The translations under genes and the position numbers were made by a program. DNA of 64,000 bases from Kondoa subrosea (taxonomy: Eukaryota): positions 1,038,604-1,102,603 of the forward strand of contig BCIN01000001.1 of assembly GCA_039545335.1 (NCBI GenBank), given 5' to 3'. The notes beneath the pieces are model-generated. The model made no database searches. It worked only from the letters and a program-made list of their open reading frames with translations, and had not been told where the DNA came from. The stretch's first letter is position 1; each line of letters opens with the position of its first letter. This document shows positions 46,446 to 59,174 of this stretch, in pieces.

Positions 46446-48824
46446 CTACGCATCCTCATCTAAAGGCAGCTTGTTATCCCTGCCAAAGAAAGTAGCGAAA
46501 TCATAAGCTTCGTCTTCCGCCGTAGCATGTTCATCAACGAAAGTCAAGCTCTTGGTTCTCGCTTCAAGATTTCTCGTCAAAGAATCAACAGGATCTTCTT
46601 CAACCGTAGTGGCAGGACCATTTTCAGTCGTGTCCATGTCACCACCGCTGACAGTGGATCGACCAGCTTTCAACTTCCTCTTCTTATCCTTCTTAGCAGC
46701 TTTCTGGATCGCTTTGTTCTGACCAATAGATTCATCTTCTCCTTCAGTAAACAATCTAGTCTGTTGCGTCGAAGCAAAAGTGACTGCTTTCTTCTTGCTC
46801 GCCGGTGCAACGGAGACAACTTCTTGTTCCACTTCTGTTTCTACATGTCTTCGTTTCTTGGATTTACTAGATGGTGCAATAACAGGTTCCTCAACTTCAG
46901 TTTGCATGCTGTTCGTACCGTCAACTATTAACACATCTCATCGATGTGTACGAAATGAAGCACGAACCTTTCATCAACTTCTCCAAGTAATTTGACTTCG
47001 GCTCCTTCCGTGTTCAGAGGAGTAGGTTTCATGACTACTCCTTTAATCTCTTTAGTTCCCTTCAAGTCCTCCAAGGCTTCTTCATCCGCTGATCGGAACA
47101 AAGCGGCCAAATCGAATTCCGGTGCGAATTCAGAAACAATCGCATCGTTATCTTTTGTTGCTGTTGAGGCGGGATCAACCATGACTGTATCATTCGAAGT
47201 TGAGGTAGAAGGGTTTGAGGTTGTTGGTAATGGAGGTGGAACAGTGTAGTAAGGTATTCTGCCAGAAGTCCAATCCCTAATGACTGATTTTGCAGATCCA
47301 GAAATATCCGGTAGTCCGCCCTATAAATTAGCACCAGTATTATCAGCACGGAAGTTTAATGTAATTGGCCCCAACAAAAGGCTCACCTTACGTATGCGAC
47401 CTCTAGCTCTAGCTACATGAATGAGGAATTCTTGAGTTGTGTTGAATTGAGGGATATTGTAAAGCATCATCAAATGTTCATGCTTGCATTTACTGAGGAT
47501 CAGCTCGACTGTACGGTAGGGACCAACTTAATCAGACATATGCTGATAAGAAGGATTCTCAACGCACCAGGAGTCAAAGGATCAACCAATTTGTCCACTT
47601 CTACCGCGCTTCTCAAGACTTTTCTCGCAACTTCATCTCCCGTCACATTATTCCCGCCAGCTACTTCATCCAACACTACACCAGGACAATCGAGTATTTT
47701 CAGACCACCATCTAAAACTACCGTTTGAACTGATTTAGTCCAACCAGGTGTAGGAGCAACGGAACAAGCTTTGCTTCTTTTCAAAGTATTGATCAAACTT
47801 GATTTTCCAACATTAGGTAAACCTACTACTCCAACAGTGAGTGATTTCGCAGTTCCTCGGGCGTAAGATTTGAGCAAAGTAAGTAAAGCGCTAGCTGAAG
47901 TCGAAGCTGGACCTGAGGAGGTGTTTGCAGATCGAGAAGAAAGGTTGTTTCGTTGTGATTGAGTGGAAGATTTGAAGGCTAGAGTAGGGAAAGATCTTCT
48001 CAAGTAAGTTAACCAAGCTTGAACGTTTTCTTTAGGTGCTAGATCAATCTTGTTTAAGACGAGAACTAGTTTCTTTGACGAGTGCGAAGCGTTGTGAGTC
48101 AAAATTTCCTTCTCCAGCGAAACGGTTCTAGTGCCTAGAGGATCTCGTGCATCTAAGACTTGAATAAGGATGTCGGCTGTAGAAATGACTTGTCGAAGAG
48201 AACGAGCATGAGCTTTCAAATTGGAAGTAGAAGCCTCTGGATCAGCGTTGCCTTCGTCTTCTGAATCGGTATCGGGTTCGACCTGATCTTGTTCTGTGGC
48301 TTTAGCTGCTAAAGATTCGACAGTGACTTTTGATTCTGCTCGTTTGGCTGCCTTCTCTTCCTCTTTCTGTAGGTCATCAGATGTAATTGAATGAGTGGAT
48401 ACTCATATCCATATCCGTGAACCTGAAGCCTACCCTTTGTTTAGCTTGTTGAGCTTCTTGCAGAAATTCTTCTTTGTAAGGGAAAAGTGAAGGCACGCCA
48501 GGATCCTTCTTCACACCTACATCGTATATTCAGCACTCAAGCACCGCAAGAGATGTTGCAGTCAGTGGGACGAACGAGATTTCCAAGTGATGTCCTTCTT
48601 TGCTGCCTTTTTCTGTTTGCGATGGGTTTCCGTTACTTTCTTCTTGATCTTTTCCCTCATATGGGTAGTAGTCCTCTTGGACGTCTCTGTTGATGTAGCA
48701 TTCGAGTAAGCCACATATTGCTATTCCTCGCATTCTGCTGTACGAACTCTTTCGAATCTTGGGCTGTCAGAAGAACGAGAAATAAGCATGTGTAGACAGC
48801 ATAGATCGTTCCTCCACTGACCAT
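46446..48824 (-). CDS. NUG1: Nucleolar circularly permuted GTPase (Nug1/GNL3)
   Basis: KDPGVPSLFPYKE, VLDARDPLG, LNKIDL, GLPNVGKSSLIN, LDCPG, DWTSGRIPYYTVPP. Confidence 0.93.
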
Positions 48825-48971
48825 GATTGAAATATGTGAGATGGGAGTTGCTCGACAAGCCAGCAAGAAAATGAAAATGTTTAAAAATGCTAAGAACGGC
48901 CTTCTGGTAAAGCGCGTTCGGCTGAAGAGGCAGTCTGCTCGTCTTCTCAGCCAAAGATCCATACAAGCAAT

Positions 48972-50990
48972 ATGCTGGACTCCTTCTTTGAGTCCTCGGC
49001 TTCAGTAAGTATATTTATGCATCATTTCAGATAGGCTCAAGCAACCCCGTAAGAATCGGCCACGAAGTGTTATTACAGGGCTGCTTGAGCCTACACCATA
49101 TCAGGTGTCCAATTCTGAGCTCATCGCACGCGAATAGGTTCTTGGTGCACCATTGGACCACTTCAAGCTACTCTTTCTCCTGTTCCTCTCTATTCCTTTA
49201 GCTTTCCCTTTTCCCTACTTACCTACCGCCTTACAACACTTGTACTCCATTTCAACCTCTTTCGTCTACTTCTTCTACATCTTCAAGTTACGATGGGGTT
49301 TCGCTCAATTGATCTTTATGGCAAGCACGACTTTCCTCTTTTGCAAGTTCTGCATCTCTTCACCTCTTACTATTCAACGCAGCAAATTATCATCAATACC
49401 TTGGCCTTGGTTGGTATTTGGTTTCACAATGACTCAATTAACTCTCAACCATGCTTATCGTTATTACGCTGAAACTTCTTTGGATGAATTCGAAATCACT
49501 GGTCCTATGATGGTTTTGGTTCAGAAACTAACGGTCTTTGCTTGGACAATGTATGATCGAGATTCCGATCTATCAGGAAAAGAAAACCATCCGCAACTTG
49601 AATTGCTTTCCTTCTTAGGTTATTGGTCAGTTATCAATCCATCGCTATTCAATTCCGAATAATTGATAAGCGAGCACTGGTCTGACAGTCTATTCTTCCC
49701 TACTTCTTTAGTTGGACCAGGTGTTCATTATTCAGCCTATCAATCCTACACTCTCACTCCACTACCTCAAAACAGAGTACGTGTCTTAGTCAAACGTTTA
49801 TCGATCGGTATTGTAGCATTAGGACTTTTCGTTCTCTATGCAAATCAATTCTCTTACACTGTAATCAACACACCTGCTTTCCTAGGATGGAGTAAAGCAT
49901 ACAAGTTGTTGTTTGTTAATCTGGCGGGAATGGTAGCTCGAACGAAATATTATGCTATTTGGTTAATTGCGTGCGCTTCTCTTCTTTTTTCCGGCAATAT
50001 TCAATGATGGGAATGTAAAAGCTGATTGTGATATGTTTGCTACAGCGAATCAAGTTGTATAATGGCTGGAATCGCTCGAGTTGATGTAGAGGGAAAAGAA
50101 GAACAATGGTCCGGTGCGAGAAACGTCCGAGTGCTCAGTACATTCCTTTTTCTCTTCTTCATTATGTTATAAATGAAGACTAATGATCCTGCCGTAGATA
50201 TCGAATTGGCAGAGAATTGGAAAGTCCTACTAGACAACTGTTCGTTCTCAATACATTCAATGAGCTTCAAGCTCATTTGTTGTTTGCGAACTACGAACAG
50301 GGAATTGCTTCACGAATGTTTGGCTGAGAGAAACTATCTATAAACGCCTTACTCGAAAGGGCAAGAAAGCGGGTTTCAAATCTACTATGGCTACATTTGG
50401 TACATCCGCCTTGTACGTCTCTTCCCTCTTGTGTAATCTTCTGCAGGATAGACAGCTGATCTTCAAAGAAACGCAGATGGCATGGATTAAACATTTCTTA
50501 CTACCTAACCTTTTTCCTTGGTGGATTCTTGCAAGCTCTAGCTCGACATATGCGTAAATCCTTCCGCCCCCTCTTCATCCCTTCGGCCACTTCGAATTCA
50601 GCTACTTTCTCTTCCTTAAATGGATTGGGTAAACTTTGGTCTATTTGTGGAATCATTTCGACGCAATTAACCTTGAATTACGCTGTTTTGCCATTCATGA
50701 TGATGGATCTTGGTCCAACATTACAAGCCGTACGTTTCTAGCTTTTTTCTGTTCATTTCTAACCTTGAAACTGATTTGACATTTGACATTTGCAGTGGAA
50801 AAGATTAGGCTGGTATGGACATTGGATGACTTTCTTGCCTTTAGCTTTCTTTTGGATCGGCGGTGCCAAATTCCTACCACGCTCATCTGCCTCTTCTTCT
50901 TCTGGCGGTGGAGCGAAACAAGTGAATAGTTTGGGTAAAGAAGTTGGATCGGAAGAAATCAAAGAAGCAGTAAAGAAGAGGGATTTGTAA
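48972..50990 (+). CDS. MBOAT lysophospholipid acyltransferase (Ale1-like)
   Basis: ITGPMMVLVQKLT, FFPTSLVGP, RTKYYAIW, NVWLRE, SAL-WHG..YYLTF. Confidence 0.88.
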
Positions 50991-51009
50991 AAGTAAAAAG
51001 AGATTCTTT

Positions 51010-51511
51010 TCAGGCCAGATCTTTCCATGGGTCTTCAAGAAAAGAATGATTGAAGTGAGATTGAGTATCGATTACTTCTTCCCTTTTCATTCCTCTACTC
51101 GAATTACTTCCTCCTCCTCCTCTACCTCCTCGTGAATTTGGCCGACTGCCTCTTTGAGAAGTAGAACCTCGACTGGAAGTACTGCGTTGACTGTGATTAG
51201 ATGAATTGCTCTCTTGTCGAAATCGCTATGATGCTGGATTTAGCTCAATTGGCCTACTTAGAATAGAATAGACCCACTTTAGCTTGCGGCAGATCATCAT
51301 CTTTACTACCCAAAGCCATAGAATTCGTTCCAGTGCCTCTATCTACTATCACAGGCACTTCTGACGCTTTCGAAGTTTGACCAGCAGCTTTCTTTCCCCC
51401 TCTTGTTGTTGAGCCAGAGTTACGCGATTTCTTCTTACTCTTCCCAGCAGCAGCTGCAGCACCAAAAGCAGCAGGTAAACCAAAAGCAGTCGGATCGAAT
51501 TCTTCTGCCAT
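51010..51511 (-). CDS. Small G/R/S-rich protein with C-terminal FLEDPW motif (MPLKIP/TTDN1-like)
   Basis: Exon 1 MAEEFDPTAFGLPAAFG..; last exon ..RGGRGGGG..FNHSFLEDPWKDLA*. Confidence 0.5.
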
Positions 51512-51553
51512 TATCTGCGCTTGTTAAAGGTCAACCAAGTTCCAATCCTTCCA

Positions 51554-52431
51554 ATGTCAGGTCGATCACCACCACCAAGTAAACCAGATAGGAAACGAAA
51601 AGCAGCAGCAGACACAGATGGAGGAACTGGAGTAAAAACAAAGAAACCTCGAGCGAGTAATAATAGGGCAAGATCTAAAACTGCTCAATCCCCTGGAGCT
51701 ACTAGTGGTGGTGGTACACCTCAACCTAATGGACCTTTGTCTCGGAGTGCTACACCTCAAGCGCAAGGAGTAACGATGGAAGGAGGAGGGAATATTGGGA
51801 TTCCAGGTCAAATGGCTCTACAACAGCAGGAAGAGGAAGAAGAGAGTGAAGAGGATTTAGATCTTAAGGAAGATGTGGAAGATGATGCTGAACAGATTAA
51901 AGTGGAACGAAGGGATGCTTTGGCGTGCGTTCACAATCTTACTATCAAGGCAAAATCCATTGCTAAGTATCCTTGCGGATGTACAGGTATCTTATGAATA
52001 CTCAGTTCACCGAAGAACAGTATGAACGTTATGAATTCTACATGAAATCTGGTTTACCTTCAGGTTCAATTCGAAAGGTTCGACAGAGTCACTATCATGT
52101 CCGCTTCAAAGTAATCTGACAGAAAATGACGTCGAACAGGTAGTCAATCATGTTACGAATCAATCCCAAGGTCAGAACAAAGTAATCACCGCTTTCAGAG
52201 GTATAGCAAAAACCTTTGTCGGTCAAATAATCGAAGAAGGTCAGTGTCCAGTTAGCTAGCATGTACATCAATTTGATGTGCTGCCTCTCCTTGTCGACAG
52301 CCAGAAGAGTACAAGAACGACAAGGACAGAAAGGACCTTTGCTTCCTGAACATGTTAGGGAATCGCATCGGATCTGGCAAAAACAGCGTGAAAGTCCAGG
52401 GAGTCAAAAGAGGAAGTTGTTTACGAAGTAG
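51554..52431 (+). CDS. TAF11: TFIID subunit 11 (histone fold)
   Basis: FTEEQYERYE, SIRKVVN, RGIAKTFVGQIIEEA, GPLLPEHVRES. Confidence 0.85.
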
Positions 52432-52842
52432 CATTATCAACATATATATTGTATTATACGCATATCGAGTCCTACATCCATCGCATTTTGACCTTGTCCC
52501 TTTCTGCTATAAACTTCCTGTCCCGCAGCATTTGATCTTGTAGAAGAATTCAGCTTTGGAAGAAGGAAATGAATATGGAAAAGGCGCCTGCTTACTGGAG
52601 AAGCGAGTGTCTGCCTTCATTCGATCTGGAAGTTGCCAATCTGTTCCTTCTTGTTTGAATGGCTTATTCGGCATCTCTCTGTGTGCGCGTCTTTCTGGCA
52701 TCCTCTTGTACGGAATTGGTCTAAATTGGGCGCTTTTAATCTGCTGACCTCACATCTGTCATGTGCTTTCATTATTGCTATTTCATCTGCCTTATCTACC
52801 TCTCTCTCTCTCTTTTCGTAATCTCCGCTAGTATAAGATACT

Positions 52843-53731
52843 ATGGTCACTACAGAACACGTTCTCATTACCGTCAAAGCGGACTACGACACTGCTATCG
52901 AGCAGAGNTGCGTCCAAACTGTTCTCAGTCAGCCAGGGTGTCATGAGGTCATGAGAGCTGTGTCTGTTGAAGACAAGACCAAGCTTATCTGGTTACTCGG
53001 TATGTTCTCATCAGGCGGATTGTAGAACATTGACTTGATAGTCTGTTTTTTTAGAATGGGATTCATATGAAGCGTGAGCAGGTTCATAGGTAAATGAGAG
53101 TCCTTACTGATATAACATGACTCTTAGGCACAAGGCTTTCATGGATTCTTCTGCTTATGGACCTTTCATGCAAGAGATGGGAAAGATTGTAGATGTCTCT
53201 CAAGGCTCACCAGTACGTCTTGACCTTACTGTATTTCTGTCGATCTCACTTCCAGCAGGTCGATATGGTCCATCTCCAACTACAAACTCCCGTTTCTGAC
53301 ATGATCTCGCCTGCCAAACCGATGCTAGAGAGATTCGTATTCACCACAGAAAGTTCTAAGGACGACTTGAAAGCGGCTTGTGATGGCAGTAAGTCATCGC
53401 TCTCTATCAGCATTACTTATAGTTTCTGACCTTCTCTTTCCTGAACAGTGATGAATGCGATCATCGAAGGCGGTTCACCAACATCTTGGTCGACTGCTCG
53501 AGAAGACTCCAACCGGGTCTCTATCCTCGTACATGATGCTTTAGACATTTCTGGTTGATACTGATAGAGCTAGCACAGGTCATGTGGGCAAGCATCGAAG
53601 AGCAAACTCAGTACGAGAGCGATCCTCGGTTCCTGAAAGCTCTTCCGGCCTTAGAGAAGGTTATCAGTAGTAACCTGTCGGCACTTCACTTCAAGTTGGA
53701 GTCTTTCAAATCCAAGAGCGGAAAGTTATAG
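52843..53731 (+). CDS. Dimeric alpha+beta barrel (ABM-like) protein, copy 1
   Basis: SQPGC..VEDKTKLIWLL-EWDSYEA-HKAFMDSSAYGPF, second repeat ..WASIEE; ends KSGKL*. Confidence 0.6.
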
Positions 53732-53974
53732 GTTGTGGTAAAATCGTTATGCAAGTTTTCATGATTCGGCTTCTCTTTTTGATTCCCTTTCCCACTTGAA
53801 AGTCGTATCCGTCGCATTCTGATCTTATCCCTTTTCGCTATACTTCCTGTCCCGCAGTATTCGATCTTGTAGCAGAGCTCAGCTTGGAAGAAGTGAAATG
53901 ATACCAGAAAGAGCGCCTGCTTACTGATGAAGCGAGTGTCTGCCGTAATTTGAGCTGGAAGTCGGTAAACTGAT

Positions 53975-54250
53975 CGTCCTCTTCACCCCTTAGCCCTGTC
54001 TTGCGACAGTCTTAGGGCTCGCCCGGTCCGATAATCGCCCGTCCTTGGGAGGCTCTTTTCTCACACGAATGTGAGAGAAGAACTATCCCGCAGAGATCCG
54101 TGTAGGCATTCCAATCTTGCCTCTTCAATGAAAGACAAGACGTACTAGCCGCAGGCAAGGCATACGCTATCGAAGAAGGCTTCAGGTATCAATGTCGAGC
54201 TTTTGAGTTCGCGGTTTGGGTCAACGCATGTTCGCTTTCTTTCGCAACGC
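53975..54250 (-). ncRNA. Candidate structured RNA or small non-autonomous element, unassigned
   Basis: Three long stems; on the minus strand loops are UUCG and GCAA and mismatches become G-U pairs; absent from the paralogous promoter. Confidence 0.45.
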
Positions 54251-54439
54251 TGTGCTTTCTGTTTGAGTGGCTTACTCGGCATCTCTCTGTGTGCGCGTCT
54301 GTCTGGCATCCTCTTGTACGGACATCGGTCGAATTCCGGCGCCCGCTGGCAATCTGCTGACTGCACCTTTCGCGAGCTTGCTATTTAATCTGCCTTTCCT
54401 TTCTCTCTCTTTTCGTAATCTCCGCTAGTATAAGATACT

Positions 54440-55317
54440 ATGGTCACTACAGAACACGTTCTCATTACCGTCAAAGCGGACTACGACACTGCTATCGAGC
54501 AGAGCTGCGTCCAAACTGTTCTCAGTCAGCCAGGGTGTCATGAGGTCATGAGAGCTGTGTCTGTTGAAGACAAGACCAAGCTTATCTGGTTACTCGGTAT
54601 GTTCTCATCAGGCGGATTGTAGAACATTGACTTGATAGTCTGTTTTTTTAGAATGGGATTCATATGAAGCGTGAGCAGGTTCATAGGTAAATGAGAGTCC
54701 TTACTGATATAACATGACTCTTAGGCACAAGGCTTTCATGGATTCTTCTGCTTATGGACCTTTCATGCAAGAGATGGGAAAGATTGTAGATGTCTCTCAA
54801 GGCTCGCCAGTACGTCTTGACCTTACTGTATTTCTGTCGATCTCATTTCCAGCAGGTCGATATGATTCATCTCCAACTACAGACTCCCGTCTCTGACATG
54901 ATCTCCCCTGCCAAACCGATGCTGGAGAGATTCGTATTCACCACAGAGAGTACTAAGGACGAGTTGAAAGCGGCTTGTGATGGCAGTCAGTTATAGCTCT
55001 ATCAGTGCTACTTTAGTTCCTGACTTCTGGACTAGTGATGAATGCTATCAAGGAAGGCGGTTCACCAGCATCTTGGTCGACTGCTCGAGAAGACTCCAAC
55101 CGGGTCTCTTTCCTCGTATATCACGCATTTAAGCACTTCTGCTTGATATTAAAAGCTAGAACAGGTCACCTGGGCAAGCGTCGAAGAGCATAATCAGTAT
55201 AAGAATGATTCTCGGTTCCAACAAGCGCTTCCAGCTTTAAGCAAGGCTGCCAGTAGTAATAAGTCGCTACTTCACTTCAAGTTGGAGTCTTTCAAGTCCA
55301 AGAGTGGAAAGTTATAG
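54440..55317 (+). CDS. Dimeric alpha+beta barrel (ABM-like) protein, copy 2
   Basis: Same exon structure as copy 1, intact; ends KSGKL*. Confidence 0.6.
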
Positions 55318-55745
55318 GTTGTGGTAAAATCCTTATGCAAGTTTTCCATGATTCGGCTTCTCTTTTGGAAGTACCTTTCTCCGCGTTCAATTGTGGCTTT
55401 GGGAGCGACATATATTGGAACATGCTTTCAACTTCTGAACTACTCTTGTTCTCACTTTCCTGCGAAAGTACATTTCTACGTCAATTGCTCCTTTGATGAA
55501 AGTCTATGTTGATCGGTTTCGCACCTCTCTATCCGGGTTCTTCTGCTCGTACTGTACCCTCTTCCTCGGTCTATTCTTGCGAAAAGCGATAATCCGCTCT
55601 ATTGCTTGGCATCGGTAAGCAAATCTAAGCCTTGCCGGTCGCTTTCTTGCTTGGACTCCAGATTAAACTGTACTTCCGGAGCCACTGCAGAAGCCCCTCT
55701 CTTGTCCCCAGACGATCCCCATCACTACACATATAAGATTCGACA

Positions 55746-58700
55746 ATGGGTTTGTGGATCAAAGACCCAGCTGTACGTGACTATCAACGCACTGAGTTAG
55801 AGGGGATTGGCTGATGATCTAAGCAGGACAAAGACGCCGTCGTACCAGGCACTTCACTATTGGACGAATTCAAGTCTCGTACAGAAAGTCACAAAGATAT
55901 TACTGGTTTGAAAGTGGATGACAAAGGACGTATTCTCGTACCGCAACCTAGCAACTCACCTCGTGATCCGCTGTTTGTGACCCCTCTCGCTTCGCTTAAT
56001 TCGAGCTTGTCTAAATTGCCTTCGTCGTCCGTCCAGAAATTGGCCAGTATGCACTTTGGTCTGTTGCGCGATCTGTGCTGATGTTGCCATTATCACAGAA
56101 ATGGAAGAAAGAAGCAGCTGTGAGTACTATGCAATGTTAAATCCGAAGTTTCTGAGTCGCAAGACGTTTAGTACTTCAACATCTGTTTCGCTACCGGCCT
56201 GATCGGTGCATGTGGTCCACTTATCGCTCCGTATGTTGATCCTTTCATAACTGTGGTCATAGTGTGAATCTATTTGCAGTGGCTTTCTGCAAATCTCGCG
56301 TGAACTTGGTGTTTCAGTCAATGAATTGGCAAAGACGAATAGTGCTCTGCTTATGGCTCTGGGTAAATAGTCGTCACTTATACCAAACTACTCTCATTCT
56401 ATAATAGGTGTCTTTATGTTCTTCCGTCAGTCTGCTCCATGATCCTGTACTTATTATCTGACAGTCAGTGCATACAGAGAGTGCTATTGCGGTCAAAGTA
56501 AGTTTTCAATAAAGAGAGAAGTCAACGCTAAAATCGCTTCTCAGTATGGACGTCGACCTGTATATCTAGGTGCAGCTATACTTATGTTTGCTGCAAGTCT
56601 CCCTTTGCACACCTTAGCGTTCTTTCCAGCTCATGATTTGCCATACAGTCCAACCTTTGGAGCTATGGGCAACCTACTATTCCTGGGTTGACGGGTTCTC
56701 GCATTCTTCAAGGAATGGCTATGGCACCGGTCAGCTTTGTCCAAATTTGATGGCCGAACAATGCTTATTCATCTTTCTAGGTTGAATCTATTGCTACTGC
56801 GACCATTGCGGATCTGTACTTCGTCCATCAAAGAGGGATTAGAGGTATGTATGGTTTACACAATGATCTTTGTTATTAATCATATTGGGCTAGCCGCTGT
56901 ATGGGGATTGTCTCTTCTTGGTGGAATCAACATCGCTCGTGCGTAATTTGTCCTAAGGCAGTGCCAAGGCTTATATTGTACTAACCAGCTATTGTCAACG
57001 GGTTGGTCTTTTACTTACTAGACATGAACATTTGCTCATGCATATCATCTCTTCCTTGACTGCAGATTCATAATCAGCTCAATTGGTTGGCGTTTCTGCT
57101 TTGCTATAATTGCTCCATTTTATGGTTTATCCATGATTGGCTTCATATTCTTCTCGCCTGAAACGGTCTTCGACAGGGCTGCAGCTCGTGGGTCTTCTTC
57201 GTCCGCGTCTCTGAATACGATGCTGACTACGGCATAGTTGAGATCGATCAAGGTCATTCTTTCAGAGAAGCTCAAGTTTACGAGGAGAAAGAAGAAATTC
57301 GCGCCGAAGAGACCGTCAACACTGACAAAGCAATCAGACATGTCCCCAACGAGCTGGAATCTGGGGTTGCCGAACTGCATCCGCCTGCAAAGACATTTGT
57401 GCAAGAACTTGCTCCATGGAGTGGCTATAAATCTCCACAATCTCTACTTGTCTGCTTCTTGCGTCCCTTCCCACTTTTCCTCACACCTACAGTTATTTGG
57501 GGATTCCTAACATACGGCATTGCAACATTACTGCTGGTTCTCATGTCTGCTGTTACAAGTGTTGTTTTCGGCGGCCCACCTCATAGATTCACCTCGCGAC
57601 AAGTTGGTCTGGTCTCACTATCGCCCCTGATCTGCTCAATTTTGGCATCATTGTGTGCTGGATTCGTCTCTGATTTCTTGACTACATTTATGGCCCGAAG
57701 GAACAAAGGAGTCTTCGAAGTGAGTTGTCTGAGTGATGTTCCCATGTTCAGCAGCTGAACGTATCGTCTTATAGCCAGAGCATCGTCTGAGTGAGTTGCA
57801 TTGACGCTGTTCTTGCCCCCAACAATTCTGGATACTCTGCCTCATAGTTATCATGGGCGTTTATGCTCTGTTTGTGAGTCAATAGCCTCTTCAACAGCAA
57901 ATGCCCTGTATGCTCATATCTATGCTTAAGAACGTCTTTGGCTACGTTGGCTTTGCGCTCTCTTTTAGGAACCAGACTCATGTAAGCGTTGTTAAAGCTA
58001 GTATAAAATCACTTGTTGAGTTTTATTGTGCAGTGGATTGTACCGACCGTAAGCACCTGTTCCTCTTGCTATACTCTAGCTAATTTCAACGCCTTGTAGA
58101 TTTGCTACGGAATGTAAGTTATAGCAATCAACATCGTTACTTTGCTTAAGCCTGCCGGCAGGATCAACATTGGGCAGAAGTTCTTGTCTACTGCTGCTGT
58201 TGGTGAGTGTATATGGCTTATGCCTAGGTCGTAGCTCTTATGCTGGCTTATTTGCAGTCTATATCATTGACGTACATCGACACAATACCTCTGAAGCTCA
58301 AGCCGTAATCAACTTCGTCAAAGTAAGCTCTCTTGTCTTTTATGTAATACAGGCGCTCATGAGCGGTACTAGAATCTGATTGCATACTTCTTGGGAGCTC
58401 GTAAGTGCTTATTTGCTAGCTCTCGCTAACTTGCGATTAACGATTGAACAGGTGTAAATGGATGGGTTGTGGAGATAGGAGTGGTAAATCTCCCTTCAAC
58501 TGTCTTGTCGACATTCTGACTAATTTCCTGCTGTAGTTCAACATGTTCAGTAGGTGGCTCTGAACTGACCAAGTGTATTCTTATGCTAACGATATGTTGC
58601 AGTGATCTTCCTTGGTGTTACTATCGGTGTTGCTTTGACAAGTATGGCTGATTCTTCATCGTCCAGATTGCTTGCTGACTCTAATTTTCCAATAGCCATT

Positions 58701-58890
58701 CCCATGTATCGCTATGTACGCCAAAAGCTAATAAAATACAACTTGTTCGCTGATACTTACTGACTGCTCCAGGGAAAGATCTGTCGTCTCAAGTTCTTCC
58801 GCCTTACACAGCGTTATCCCGAGTAAGTTATTGCTTCAGTTCCTCAGTTCAAGACACTGATCCTATTGTAGCTTCTTCGGCGTGCAATGA
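55746..58890 (+). CDS. MFS transporter (HOL1-like), extremely fragmented into small exons
   Basis: MGLWIKDPA-DKDAVVPGT, ILVPQPS..PRDPL-NW, YGRRPVYL, IADLYFVHQRG, PET, RRNKGVFE-PEHRL, PMYRY-GK. Confidence 0.85.
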
Positions 58891-59168
58891 TCATCTGGAG
58901 AAGCTGTTCCAACAGGAGCTTGGCAGAGTCAACGTCTCTTTACTTTTGGTACGCTTTGAAATGGGTTGTAAATATGTCAGCAAGCGGTTTCCATTTTGAA
59001 GTTGGCGGAGTCAGCATTCAAAGGAATCGCTGTTCTTGGAATCTGCATTTTTGATACGAATAACAATAACTGCTTGCCTTTACCTCTGTGGTCCTGCAAG
59101 CTCTATTTCCGGAGAAACATGACTCCAGTCTGAAGAACGAATAAAGTAGCTCTTAGAGCGCGATATTT

Positions 59169-59174
59169 ACGCGT
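59169..59174. promoter_or_regulatory. MCB box (ACGCGT) upstream of BUB1
   Basis: Perfect ACGCGT ~220 bp before the ATG of a cell-cycle gene; a 6-mer can occur by chance. Confidence 0.3.

Larger units (their letters stand above)
52468..55367 (+). repeat. Direct tandem duplication (~52468-53783 and ~53800-55367)
   Basis: Identical ORF pair 52843/54440 and near-identical pair 53117/54714, both offset 1597 bp; promoters and 3' halves diverged. Confidence 0.95.

Noticed and set aside
53985..54030. HDV-like ribozyme end (GGCUAAGGGG) or telomerase template (CCCUAA) in the structured element
   Set aside because: No matching P1/P3/L3 elements upstream, and the CCCUAA is only one repeat lying within a stem.
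52843..54440. Tandem period (1597 bp) almost equals inverted-arm length (1596 bp)
   Set aside because: No sequence similarity between the two repeats, and the period includes an indel; treated as coincidence.
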